Shown here in pieces: positions 19,089-28,283 of a stretch of DNA of 64,000 nt (positions within the stretch are counted from its first letter, which is position 1; every line of letters starts with the position of its first letter). Made by a program: the position numbers and the translations under genes. A model generated the notes under the pieces. It did not search any database. It was not told the DNA's origin and saw only the letters and a list, made by a program, of their open reading frames with translations. This DNA comes from Actinomycetes bacterium. GTDB taxonomy: Bacteria; Actinomycetota; Actinomycetes; S36-B12. Location: assembly GCA_037130755.1 (NCBI GenBank), contig JBAXSI010000007.1, positions 8,855-72,854 on the forward strand. The letters run 5' to 3'.

Positions 19089-20155
19089 GGCGCGCTAGCC
19101 TGCCACGACTGCGTCGGCGAGTCGGCCTGCCCCGGCCATGTCCGGCCGGCGATCTCGACAAGTCGGCTGGCCTTCAACTCAGTCTCGCGCCACTCCGAGG
19201 CGGCGTCGGAGCCCCACGTGATGCCAGCCCCCGTGCCGAACTTGAGCGTGCCGCTGTCGACCCAGAAGGTGCGGATCGCCACCGCCAGCTCGGCCTCGCC
19301 GGTGTCAGCGTCGACCCATCCGAATGCGCCGCAGTAGTAGGACCGCTCCTCCCGCTCCAAGCCCTCGATCAGTCTGAGCGCGGAGTACTTGGGAGCCCCG
19401 GTCACCGACCCGGGCGGGAACGCCGCATCGACGAGGTCGGCCCACCCTGTGCCCTCGACCAAGTCGCCCTCGACGTACGAGACGAGGTGGACCAGGCCGG
19501 GATGCTCCTGCACCTCGAGCAGGGTGGGCACGGTGACGGTCCCGGTCCGGCTCACGCGGGACAGGTCATTGCGGACGAGGTCCACGATCATGATGTTCTC
19601 CGCCACGTCCTTGTCAGTGAGGTCCGCGGCAGTGCGCCCGGTGCCCTTGATGGGGCCGGATCGCACGACTCGTCCCTCAGGGGTGGCCGTGACGGCCAGG
19701 AAGAGCTCGGGGCTGGCACTGGCAATGTGGACGCCCTGCTCGGGAAGGCGGAGGAAGCCGGCGTAAGGCGCGGGATTGCCGTCGCGCAGGAGCTCGAACA
19801 GGCCGGCGACGTCTGAGGCGGCAGGATCCGGCAGCGATGCGGACATGACCCGGCAGATGTTGGCCTGGTAGACCGTGCCGCGTGCGATGGCCGAACGGGT
19901 CGCCTCGACCGCGAAGACGTAAGCGGACTGGTCCAGCGACGTGCTCCAGACTCCCACGGCGGGCCCCCGCCAGCGGCCATCGAGGCCCGCCGGAGGTGCA
20001 TCGGACCACGCGGCGAAGCGGGCCAGCACGGGAGAACCGGTATAGGGCAGGGCAATCGCCCACCGACCCGAGGTGTCCAGCGCAGCGAGGTCGGAGGTCA
20101 CCTCAAGCAGGCCGGTCGCCCAACGACCACCCACGCAGGCCGCCGGCATTGTCAC
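19085..20155 (-). CDS. pabB: chorismate-binding enzyme, aminodeoxychorismate synthase component I-like (short form)
   Basis: 356-aa ORF with YQANICR, SPELFL, PIKGT, IMIVDLVRNDL, GAPK and AVAIRT motifs. The N-terminal domain is much shorter than in classical PabB/TrpE. Confidence 0.75.
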   Translation of the reverse strand: MTMPAACVGGRWATGLLEVTSDLAALDTSGRWAIALPYTGSPVLARFAAWSDAPPAGLDGRWRGPAVGVWSTSLDQSAYVFAVEATRSAIARGTVYQANICRVMSASLPDPAASDVAGLFELLRDGNPAPYAGFLRLPEQGVHIASASPELFLAVTATPEGRVVRSGPIKGTGRTAADLTDKDVAENIMIVDLVRNDLSRVSRTGTVTVPTLLEVQEHPGLVHLVSYVEGDLVEGTGWADLVDAAFPPGSVTGAPKYSALRLIEGLEREERSYYCGAFGWVDADTGEAELAVAIRTFWVDSGTLKFGTGAGITWGSDAASEWRETELKASRLVEIAGRTWPGQADSPTQSWQASAP

Positions 20156-20273
20156 AGACCCATCATGGCGGCTCCGCGAGCGCCAGGGGCGGATGCCGCA
20201 GGACCGGCAGGCTGCCCTGATTGGCTCGCCGCAAGGGGTGTCGGATATGGTTCATCTTCGATCACACGATCAT

Positions 20274-20346
20274 GCGGACGTAGCGCAGCTGGTAGCGCAT
20301 CACCTTGCCAAGGTGAGGGTCGCGGGTTCGAATCCCGTCGTCCGCT
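20274..20346 (+). tRNA. tRNA-Gly (anticodon GCC)
   Basis: 73 nt: acceptor GCGGACG/CGTCCGC, anticodon stem TCACC/GGTGA with loop TTGCCAA, T-loop GGTTCGAATCC. Confidence 0.9.
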
Positions 20347-20385
20347 CGAAAGTCGCCACCGGCCCTTGGGCTGGCTCAGCGCCTT

Positions 20386-20459
20386 GGTGGGTTGGCCGAG
20401 AGGCGAGGCACAGGACTGCAAATCCTGCTACACCGGTTCAAATCCGGTACCCACCTCCA
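20386..20459 (+). tRNA. tRNA-Cys (anticodon GCA), CCA encoded
   Basis: 74 nt: acceptor GGTGGGT/ACCCACC, anticodon loop CTGCAAA, T-loop GGTTCAAATCC, 3' TCCA. Confidence 0.9.
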
Positions 20460-20514
20460 CTTCCGGCACCAACCGGACACCGTGACCGCCGCACTTGCAT
20501 GACAGACTGTGCAT

Positions 20515-20700
20515 ATGTCCAAGAAACCCGAATCCAGCCTTCCCGACGACGAGCGGGCGAAGTTCGAGGCCGCCCTTGAGGCGAAGAAGCACAAGTCCGG
20601 CCACGGCAGCGGCACCTCCGGTTCCGGCGGCAGCACCTCCAAGGAGCACGCGAGCCGTTCGGGCGGAAAGCGCGAGTTCCGCCGCAAGAGCGGCGGCTGA
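20515..20700 (+). CDS. small conserved actinobacterial protein (DUF5302-like)
   Basis: MSKKPESSLPDDERAKFEAALEAKKHKSGHGSG...KREFRRKSGG. The Lys/Gly/Ser-rich pattern with a C-terminal FRRKSG is as I recall for DUF5302. Start taken at ATG 20515. Confidence 0.65.
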   Translation: MSKKPESSLPDDERAKFEAALEAKKHKSGHGSGTSGSGGSTSKEHASRSGGKREFRRKSGG

Positions 20701-20751
20701 CAGCCTGTTTCCCCGTCCGCTGCGGGTCTTCCCTCGTGCCACAATCACCGC

Positions 20752-21786
20752 ATGAGGGCCCCCTGGCGCAGTTCGTACGTGCGTCTTGCCACCCTGACCG
20801 CGCTGGCAGCGGTCGGCGCCTACGTCCTGGCCGAGCTGCTCCCGTTCGCCGATCCGATCCCCGCCGCCATCACGGCCGCGGTGGCCACCCGCGCCACCTT
20901 CCACCACGCGGCGAAAGAGACGCTGTTCCAGACCCTCGGCGCTCTGATCGGCGCGGCGATCGCCCTGGGGATCGTGTGGCTGATCGGCACTGGCCCGCTG
21001 GTCATCTTCCTGCTCGTCCTTTTGTGCTTCGCGCTGGCACGCATGTTCAAACTCGCCTCGCCGGACGAGTCGCCCTTCGTCGCGGCCAGCATGTCGGTCA
21101 CGGTCATCCTCGTGGTCGGCACGCACCTGACCACCGAGGGCGCCTTCCAGCGGTTCGCCGGCGTGGCCGTCGGCGCGGTGTGCGCCCTACTGGCCTCCGC
21201 CCTGGCCACCCCCACGCGCGACACCCGACTGCTCCGCACCGACATCGACGCGCTGCAGGACGACCTGTCCGCACTTCTCGCCGAGGTCGCACGCGGCCTG
21301 AGGGAGGAGCCTGACGTCGACGTTGCGCGTGGCTGGCGGGACCAGGCGGTCGAACTCCGCAATCGATCCATCGGCCTGGATGCGCGCCTGGAGGACCTGT
21401 CGTCGCACGCGCGATGGAGCCCACGCATCGACCCCGACGACCTGGGCTCACTGCGCCAGAGCCTGAACGCCAACCGGGTGATGTCGTCACGAGTGCTGTC
21501 CATCGCTTCGGATCTTGCCTCGTCCGCCGGTGGGAAGTCGCGCACCCGACTGCCGCAGGCCGCCCTGACGCCGCTGGCCGACCTGATCGCCATGGCGGCC
21601 GACAACATCGCGGCCGAGGACCCCATCACCTCCGTCGGCGCCACAGCGGCACATGAGGCAGTGCGCATGGCCGACCAGACCGCTCAGATCGCCCTCATCG
21701 GCGGGATTGTGTCGAACATCAACCGCATCAACGAGGCCAGCACCGAGTCGCCGGACGACACCCAGGAGCACTGGGCGGCGACGTGA
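20752..21786 (+). CDS. FUSC/aromatic acid exporter family membrane protein
   Basis: 344-aa ORF with about 5 N-terminal TM helices followed by a long helical cytoplasmic part. This pattern is typical of FUSC/ArAE-like proteins. Confidence 0.7.
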   Translation: MRAPWRSSYVRLATLTALAAVGAYVLAELLPFADPIPAAITAAVATRATFHHAAKETLFQTLGALIGAAIALGIVWLIGTGPLVIFLLVLLCFALARMFKLASPDESPFVAASMSVTVILVVGTHLTTEGAFQRFAGVAVGAVCALLASALATPTRDTRLLRTDIDALQDDLSALLAEVARGLREEPDVDVARGWRDQAVELRNRSIGLDARLEDLSSHARWSPRIDPDDLGSLRQSLNANRVMSSRVLSIASDLASSAGGKSRTRLPQAALTPLADLIAMAADNIAAEDPITSVGATAAHEAVRMADQTAQIALIGGIVSNINRINEASTESPDDTQEHWAAT

Positions 21787-21875
21787 GGCCACAGGGGTGA
21801 TGGCGTGGCAGGCCGGGCGTCGGTGTAGCCTTTCCTCGTCGCTCGGCAGGCCAGCCTGCCGGGTGTAGCCATGTA

Positions 21876-21948
21876 GGGCGATTGGCGCAGGGGCTAGCGC
21901 GCTTCCTTGACACGGAAGAGGTCACTGGTTCGATTCCAGTATCGCCCA
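21876..21948 (+). tRNA. tRNA-Val (anticodon GAC)
   Basis: 73 nt: acceptor GGGCGAT/ATCGCCC, anticodon stem CTTCC/GGAAG with loop TTGACAC, T-loop GGTTCGATTCC. Confidence 0.9.
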
Positions 21949-21954
21949 CTCGAG

Positions 21955-21988
21955 GAACCCGCTGTGATCCAGCGGGTTCTTTCCTTTA
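21955..21988 (+). terminator. intrinsic terminator after tRNA-Val
   Basis: GAACCCGCTG-TGATC-CAGCGGGTTC (10-bp perfect stem) followed by TTTCCTTTACT. Confidence 0.6.
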
Positions 21989-22000
21989 CTACGCCCAAAC

Positions 22001-22044
22001 GTGACGATGCCGCGCAGCCCCGAGGGACTGCGCGGCACCGTCAC
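22001..22044 (-). terminator. stem-loop downstream of the ABC substrate-binding protein gene
   Basis: GTGACGATGCCGCGCAG-(10 nt)-CTGCGCGGCACCGTCAC, a 17-bp stem with one mismatch, 19 nt past the stop at 22063. Confidence 0.5.
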
Positions 22045-22062
22045 TTAGTGCGGTTGGGTAGA

Positions 22063-23046
22063 TCAGCAGCTCGAGAGGTACTGACCCTTCTTGCCCGCCG
22101 CGGTGTCGATGTTCTGAGGAGTCAGGATCGAGAACCCGGTGGTGATCTTCTTCTTGGTCGCCTTGCCGCGAAGAGCATTGACAGCCTGGGTGACACCCTG
22201 GACGCCAATGTCGTACGGCTGCTGGGCGATGAGGGCCTGGACGGTGCCAGCCTTCAGTGCCTTGACCTGGTCGGGTCCGGCGTCGAAGCCGATAACCACA
22301 ACCTGGCCTTCCTTGCCAGCCTGCTTGATGCCGGTGGCTGCGCCCTCGGCCGAGAACAGGTTGCTGGCGAAGATCGCCTTCAGGTCAGGATCCTTGGCCA
22401 GTGCGGCCGTGGTGATCTGGGCGGCGATAGCCGGCTCGTTCTGCGAGTACTGCTGGCCAACGAAGGTGTACTTGCCACCGCTGGCAGCAACGGCGTCAGC
22501 GAAGCCCTTGTCGCGAGCGTCGGTCGTGCTGATGCCCGGCTTGACGCCGATGCCCATGACCTTGCCGCCGGCCGGAACGAGCCTCTTCACAGCCGCGAAG
22601 GCAGCAGCGCCGCCGGCGAGGTTGTTCGACGAGATCTGAGACACGGCGAACGACGGATCCTTGACCGTCGTGTCGACGAGCACGATCTTGATGCCCGCCT
22701 TGGCAGCGGCCGCCAGCGGCTTCTGCATGGCGTTGACATCGTTCGGGGCGATCAGGATGGCGGAGGGCTTGCTCGCCACGACCGACGCCAGGATCGGACG
22801 CTGGAGGGTGGCATCGAACTTCGCCGGGCCCTGAGTCGTCGTGGTGACGCCCAGCTTCTTGGCCGCAGCCTTCACACCGCACTCCATGGTGATGTAGAAG
22901 CCATCACCCTTGACGCCCTGAATGAACACGATCTTCTCGCCGGCAGCCGTGGCTCCCGGGGCGCTTGCCAAGGTCAAGCCGACGGCTACGCCAGCGCTGA
23001 CCGCGATAGCCGCCGTCTTCTTGACGAGGTTCTTGCTCTTCACCAT
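22063..23046 (-). CDS. sugar ABC transporter substrate-binding protein (RbsB/CUT2 type)
   Basis: 327-aa ORF with a signal peptide ending ASAPGATAAG, a periplasmic-binding-protein type I pattern, and NDVNAM / GFDAGPDQ blocks. Confidence 0.9.
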   Translation of the reverse strand: MVKSKNLVKKTAAIAVSAGVAVGLTLASAPGATAAGEKIVFIQGVKGDGFYITMECGVKAAAKKLGVTTTTQGPAKFDATLQRPILASVVASKPSAILIAPNDVNAMQKPLAAAAKAGIKIVLVDTTVKDPSFAVSQISSNNLAGGAAAFAAVKRLVPAGGKVMGIGVKPGISTTDARDKGFADAVAASGGKYTFVGQQYSQNEPAIAAQITTAALAKDPDLKAIFASNLFSAEGAATGIKQAGKEGQVVVIGFDAGPDQVKALKAGTVQALIAQQPYDIGVQGVTQAVNALRGKATKKKITTGFSILTPQNIDTAAGKKGQYLSSC

Positions 23047-24144
23047 CTACCCATCCTTCTCTCTGTTCCCGAGGTTCTCATCGCCGACTTGGCGACTCGT
23101 GGGCTTGCGTCCTGAGCCGCCGCGCATAGACCGGGTACGACGCAAGCCGTCCAGGTAAACCGCACCGATCAGGAAGATTCCAACAACGACGCCCTGCCAG
23201 TAGGCCTCAACGCCGATGATAATGAAACCGGACTCCAAAACCACTGGAATAAGGAGACCGATAACCGTGCCAAAGATGGAACCGATGCCTCCAAAAAGGC
23301 TGGTACCACCGATGACGACGCCTGCGACGACCGTCAGCGCGGTCATGGACTGACCACCGATGGTGGTCTGCTGATAGAAGGCGAGGCTCAGGATGCCGGC
23401 GAACCCGGCACAGGCCCCGCTGATGACATAGACCCAGATCAGCTGGCGGTCGACATTGATGCCGACGCGACGGCACGCCTCGGCGTTCGAGCCCACCGCA
23501 AAGGTGAACAGACCGAAGCGCGTCCGGTGCAGCAGGATGCTGCCGAGAATGACGACCACGGCCGCAACGACCGTGAGCGAGGGCACCTGCCAGATGATGT
23601 CGCCGAAGCCGATGGCGTCCACGAACTCACCGGGGACGTCGGTGAGGTCGATGCCGCCAGTGATGACCTGAGAGACACCCAGGGCCATGCCCAGTGTTCC
23701 GAGGGTCACGATGAAAGCGGGGACCTTCGCCTTGGCGATCAGGAAGCCGTTGAGCAGGCCCCACGCCGACCCGGCCAGTACTGCAACGACAACGCCGACC
23801 ATCGCAGTGCCCCAGCCGGACGCTCCCATGAGGCCCATGACCTTGGCGGCCACGACGCTGCTGAAGACCAGCACGCTGCCGATCGACAGGTCAATGCCGG
23901 CAGTGATGATGACCATCGTCGCGCCGACACCGAGAACGGCGAAGATCGACGTGTTCACGATGATCGAACGCAGGTTGAAGACGGTCGGGAAGGCATCAGG
24001 TGCCATCACCGAGAACACGATGACGATGGCGACCAGCACGAGCACGATCTGCGCCGCCTGAATGCGCGTGAGGCGCTTCCAGAGGCTCATCTGCTCGGTG
24101 TTCATGAGGGTCGTGGCCTCTTCGGTACGGACGTCGACGCTCAT
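23047..24144 (-). CDS. sugar ABC transporter permease (RbsC/CUT2 type)
   Basis: 365-aa polytopic ORF with IDLSIGS and GGTSLFGG motifs. Its stop TAG directly abuts the ATG of the binding-protein gene. Confidence 0.9.
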   Translation of the reverse strand: MSVDVRTEEATTLMNTEQMSLWKRLTRIQAAQIVLVLVAIVIVFSVMAPDAFPTVFNLRSIIVNTSIFAVLGVGATMVIITAGIDLSIGSVLVFSSVVAAKVMGLMGASGWGTAMVGVVVAVLAGSAWGLLNGFLIAKAKVPAFIVTLGTLGMALGVSQVITGGIDLTDVPGEFVDAIGFGDIIWQVPSLTVVAAVVVILGSILLHRTRFGLFTFAVGSNAEACRRVGINVDRQLIWVYVISGACAGFAGILSLAFYQQTTIGGQSMTALTVVAGVVIGGTSLFGGIGSIFGTVIGLLIPVVLESGFIIIGVEAYWQGVVVGIFLIGAVYLDGLRRTRSMRGGSGRKPTSRQVGDENLGNREKDG

Positions 24145-24899
24145 GCGACCATCCCCTCGTCCAGCTTGCCGGTCATCGTGGCAACGAGCTCCTCGATGTT
24201 GGTGTCCGCCGTGCGGTAAGTGGCGACGCGTCGACCGCGACGCAACACCTGGATGTCGTCGGAGACCGCCAGCACCTCGGGCATCGAGTGACTGATCAGG
24301 ACGACGCCGATCCCCTTGTCCCGCACGCGCTTGATCAGTTCCAGCACGTTGTGCGTCTGCACCACGCCAAGCGCCGCAGTGGGCTCGTCGAGGAAGATGA
24401 TCTTGCTCGCCCAGGCCGAGGCTCGGGCGACCGCGATGCTCTGCTTCTGGCCACCGGACATCGTGCCCACCGGCTCGCTGAGCGTCCGCACGGTGGCCCC
24501 GAGGTCCTGGAACGCCTCGATGCTCTGCTCACGCATCGCCTTGCGGTTCATGAAGCCGAGCGCGCCCATGATCCCGCCACGCTTGATCTCGCGCCCCAGG
24601 AACAGGTTGTTGACCGGGTCGAGATGCGGGCACAGCGCCAGGTCCTGGTACACGGTCTCGATGCCGAGTTCGCGTGCCTGACTGGGCGAGTGGATGGTCA
24701 CCCGCTCGCCCTGGAACGTCACCGTGCCGCCCTCGGCGGGCTCGGTCCCGGCCAGGATCTTGATCAGCGTGCTCTTGCCCGCGCCGTTGTCGCCGATGAG
24801 TGCGGTCACCTGACCCGGCTCGACGTCGAAATCGCAGCCGTCAAGTGCGACGACTTGGCCGTACGTGCGCACGATTCCGCGCGCCTCAAGAATGGGCAT
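24141..24899 (-). CDS. ABC transporter ATP-binding protein (single NBD)
   Basis: 252-aa ORF with Walker A GDNGAGKST, signature MSGGQKQ and Walker B IIFLDEPT. Four-nt overlap with the permease start. Confidence 0.9.
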   Translation of the reverse strand: MPILEARGIVRTYGQVVALDGCDFDVEPGQVTALIGDNGAGKSTLIKILAGTEPAEGGTVTFQGERVTIHSPSQARELGIETVYQDLALCPHLDPVNNLFLGREIKRGGIMGALGFMNRKAMREQSIEAFQDLGATVRTLSEPVGTMSGGQKQSIAVARASAWASKIIFLDEPTAALGVVQTHNVLELIKRVRDKGIGVVLISHSMPEVLAVSDDIQVLRRGRRVATYRTADTNIEELVATMTGKLDEGMVA

Positions 24900-24940
24900 C
24901 TATGCTCACACTTCCTCTGCGTCGTATCTGATCATGCTCG

Positions 24941-25858
24941 TCAAACCGAGAACCACGGGCGGGCACGGCCCGCGATCGACTCCTTGAGCGCCGCCAGCCG
25001 AGGCACAGCGACCTCGCTCAGGAATGTCTCGCGCTCAGCACCGGTGAGTCCGATGGACTCCTTCCACACCGATCGTCCAGCGATGAACCCGGAGGCTCCA
25101 CCATCATCGCAAGACACCCGGATCACATTGGTGAATTCGTCGAAGTCGACGCCTGCGCTCAGCACTGCCCAAGGAACGGTGACCGTCTCGGCCAGACGCC
25201 GGCAGCCAGCGGGCGTACGGGGGTACTCGAGCTTGAGCAGGTCGGGCTTCAACTCGGTGAGGAGTGCTGCGGACTCGACGATCGCGTCCTCCTTCTCCTT
25301 CTCCGTCATGCCAGTGCTGCCCGGCAGCGGGTAGATCAGGTTCTCGATGACCGACGGGATGCCCACGGCCTTGCAGTCCTCGATGACTTCGCGAACAACC
25401 TGGAGGACCTCCTCGGTCAGGTCGGGCTCGCCATCACCACGCGTGCGCGCCGGGTTCATCATGACGAGGAACTTGACGGCCCGGCCGCCCATGTCGCGGA
25501 CCCACGTCGCGTTCTGCTCCGCAATGCGGTGCGTGCGCGGCTCCTCGCCGAACTTGCCGCGATCCGACGGCTCGGCCGCCACAAGAAGTCCGCACGTGGA
25601 TGCCAGTGCGCCGCTCTCGCGCACTGCGGGCACCCCAAAGTCGGGGTCGAGGAGGATGCCCGAGGCCAGCGGCGTCAGGTGGCGCGCCACGTCGATCTTC
25701 GCCTGCCGCAGATCATCGACGGTGGGATCAGCCACGCCGACGGCCGCAAACATGCGACGCAGCGTGTTGCGCTGGTCCATGGCGACGATCGAGAACGATC
25801 CATCGGGGTCGGCAATCCCGGACAGGGTGACGGCGTCGCGTGTGACGGCCGGGTTCAT
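24941..25858 (-). CDS. class I aldolase of the LacD/tagatose-1,6-bisphosphate aldolase family
   Basis: 305-aa ORF. Blocks AMDQRNTLRRM, ILLDPDFG, AVKFLV, LLKLEYP, VLSAGV and FIAGRSVW align with my recollection of LacD (DQRGALKRMM, ILLDPEYG, AVKFLL, VLKVEVP, LSAGV, LCGRATW). Confidence 0.8.
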   Translation of the reverse strand: MNPAVTRDAVTLSGIADPDGSFSIVAMDQRNTLRRMFAAVGVADPTVDDLRQAKIDVARHLTPLASGILLDPDFGVPAVRESGALASTCGLLVAAEPSDRGKFGEEPRTHRIAEQNATWVRDMGGRAVKFLVMMNPARTRGDGEPDLTEEVLQVVREVIEDCKAVGIPSVIENLIYPLPGSTGMTEKEKEDAIVESAALLTELKPDLLKLEYPRTPAGCRRLAETVTVPWAVLSAGVDFDEFTNVIRVSCDDGGASGFIAGRSVWKESIGLTGAERETFLSEVAVPRLAALKESIAGRARPWFSV

Positions 25859-27237
25859 CTGACCAACTCCTTTGTATTGACTCGGGTGAGGAAACCTTGG
25901 ATGAGCGAGCCGCTATCGATACCGCCCGCTCGAGCGGCGAACATCGCTGCGCCGCGCGCACCGGCCTGCTCCACGTCACTGACGACCAAGCCCGGCATGA
26001 GGTGCGCCTTGCCGCGGTACACACCGTCAAGGTGCGCCCATCCGCCCGCGGCGACGGCGCTCTGATAAGGGCCAGCGATGTCGGTGACCGCGTCGACCAA
26101 GCTTCTGGTGTCGTCGAGCACGTAGTCCATCGCAGCGGCCCACACCTGCTCCGGTGTCGCGTTCTCGCGCAATTTGACGGTCACCTCGTTAGTCCAACCG
26201 CCCGGCTCGGAGACCACCACGGTCGACAGTCGCGCCGCGTCTGGCTGCCACGTGTCGGAGATGCGACGGCGGTCGTCACGACTGCGGGCACCGAGCATCG
26301 ACAGGATCCGGCCGAGGACGAGGCCAGACCGTGTTGCGCCGAGGATCGCGGTCGAGCCCTCAAGCACATGGCGGCCGGCGCTAAGTCCCCGGTCGACGAG
26401 CAGTGCCCGCTCGTCATTGGTGAGCGTGCGCGGGACGGTGCGAAGGATCACGTCCGCGGTGCCGCACGAGTCGAAGAGGTCGTCGCCGCCGTAGGCACCG
26501 GCACCGACGGAGTTGACGAGGTGATCGTGCCCAGCCACCGTCACCGCGGCACCATGCAGGATCTGCGGGGCAGAGTTGCGCACGTTCCCGAAGCTCGTCC
26601 CTGCGGGGATGAATTCAGGAAGGAACGACGAGGTTGCTCCGATCAAGTCGAGTGTCCCGGCCCATGGCTCGACGGACAGTTGGTCGAGCAGGCCGGTGCG
26701 CGATGCCAGAGACGGTTCCGTGCCCTGCGTGCCGGTGAGCCGGAAGGCTATGTACTCCAGCGCATTCAGCCACGTGAGGCGACGAAGGTCGTCGCCGCCA
26801 TGCGCCCGCAGCCACAGCAACTTGGAGAACGAACACTCTGCCTTCGCCGCGAGGCCGGTAACGGCCTGGAACTCGGCGCGGAATTCGGCTGGCAAGTCGG
26901 CGAACTCCTCCGCTCCGCGCTGGTCGTACCACGCGATCGCCGGAGTGACGGGGTTACCGCTGCCGTCGATCACAACGCCGGTCTCGGCCAGGCCCGTAAT
27001 GCCGATGCCCCGGACCGACACGCCACCATCGACGGCCTGGGCAGCGCGCGCGATTACGTCGATAGCCGCATCGGTGAGGACGTCGATGTCGATCTGCACC
27101 TCGCCGTGGGCCGCGACGTCCCACGTCGTCGGTGTACTTGACGTCCCGAGGACCACGCCCTCGAGGTCAAGAGCGGAAGCCTTGATGGACGTGGTTCCGA
27201 CGTCCACTCCGACGACGACGTCGCGGATGGCGCTCAT
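25855..27237 (-). CDS. FGGY-family carbohydrate kinase
   Basis: 460-aa ORF with N-terminal VGVDVGTTSIKA (FGGY phosphate-1 motif). ATGA overlaps on both sides. Confidence 0.85.
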   Translation of the reverse strand: MSAIRDVVVGVDVGTTSIKASALDLEGVVLGTSSTPTTWDVAAHGEVQIDIDVLTDAAIDVIARAAQAVDGGVSVRGIGITGLAETGVVIDGSGNPVTPAIAWYDQRGAEEFADLPAEFRAEFQAVTGLAAKAECSFSKLLWLRAHGGDDLRRLTWLNALEYIAFRLTGTQGTEPSLASRTGLLDQLSVEPWAGTLDLIGATSSFLPEFIPAGTSFGNVRNSAPQILHGAAVTVAGHDHLVNSVGAGAYGGDDLFDSCGTADVILRTVPRTLTNDERALLVDRGLSAGRHVLEGSTAILGATRSGLVLGRILSMLGARSRDDRRRISDTWQPDAARLSTVVVSEPGGWTNEVTVKLRENATPEQVWAAAMDYVLDDTRSLVDAVTDIAGPYQSAVAAGGWAHLDGVYRGKAHLMPGLVVSDVEQAGARGAAMFAARAGGIDSGSLIQGFLTRVNTKELVR

Positions 27238-28283
27238 ACGCGCACCGCCTGCGACTTCGTTCGGCGGCGCGTCGCCTTGTGCCCGTCCAGCGGGCGCAGC
27301 TCGCCCGAACCACGCTGGATGAAGTGCAGCGGGACGTAGATGTCGGTGCCGTCGTCCTCGGCGCCGGCCATGCGGGCCCTCAGTCGCTCCATCGCACTCT
27401 GGGCAAGCAGGCGCGGGTCGTGGTCGATCACCGTCACGGCGGGATCCAGGACGTCGGCGGTGGCGAAGTCCCCGAACGAGACCAAGGCCACGTCAGTACG
27501 CCCGCGTAGGTGAAGGGACCGGACCACGCCCAACGAGATCTCCGACCGCGAACTGAAGATCGCCGTCGGCGCATTCGGGAGGTCGAGCATCTCGTTGGTC
27601 GCCCGCTCGGCCTGCTGGTCGTCGAAGCAGCCGACGACGACGAGGTCTGGATCGACCGGGAGTCCGAGCTCAGTCATGGCCTTGACGTAGCCCTCCTGGC
27701 GAATCGCGGAGGTCTTGATGCTGAGGTCGTCGGCGAGCAGCGCGATCCGCGAGTGCCCGAAAGAGGCGAGATGGTGGACGGCCTGGGCAGATGACTCCAG
27801 GTCATCGACGAGCACGACGCCGGTTTCGAGCCCTTCGGGCCCCCGGTCCATGAACACCACCGGCGTGCTCACCGTGCGCAGGAATGAGTAGTCAGCCGAG
27901 AACGGGATCACGATGAGGCCGGCAACGCGGCGGGCGAGCAGCCCTTCGACGACCTTGCGCTCGCGCTGCGGATCACGCGAGTTGCTGGCCACGAGCAGGT
28001 TGATGCCCAGTGGGAGCACGACCTGCTCGACCTCCTCGATCGCCTTGGCGAAGAACGGGTCTCCGATCGTGGGAACGATGATGCCGACGGTGTCGTCCAC
28101 TCCACGACGCAGCGACCGTGCCATGAGGTCGACCTGGTAGCCCAGGGACTCGACGGCCTCCTGTACCCGCTGGCGGGTCTCTGGTGCGACGCCGTCGAAA
28201 CCGTTGATGACCCGGGATGCGGTCTTGGTGCTGGTGCCTGCGGCTTGTGCCACGTCACGCAAGCGGACGGGATTGTTGGTCAT
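27234..28283 (-). CDS. LacI family transcriptional regulator
   Basis: 349-aa ORF with HTH LRDVAQAAGTSTKTASRVINGF...RQRVQEAVESLGYQ followed by a PBP-type effector domain. Confidence 0.95.
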   Translation of the reverse strand: MTNNPVRLRDVAQAAGTSTKTASRVINGFDGVAPETRQRVQEAVESLGYQVDLMARSLRRGVDDTVGIIVPTIGDPFFAKAIEEVEQVVLPLGINLLVASNSRDPQRERKVVEGLLARRVAGLIVIPFSADYSFLRTVSTPVVFMDRGPEGLETGVVLVDDLESSAQAVHHLASFGHSRIALLADDLSIKTSAIRQEGYVKAMTELGLPVDPDLVVVGCFDDQQAERATNEMLDLPNAPTAIFSSRSEISLGVVRSLHLRGRTDVALVSFGDFATADVLDPAVTVIDHDPRLLAQSAMERLRARMAGAEDDGTDIYVPLHFIQRGSGELRPLDGHKATRRRTKSQAVRV

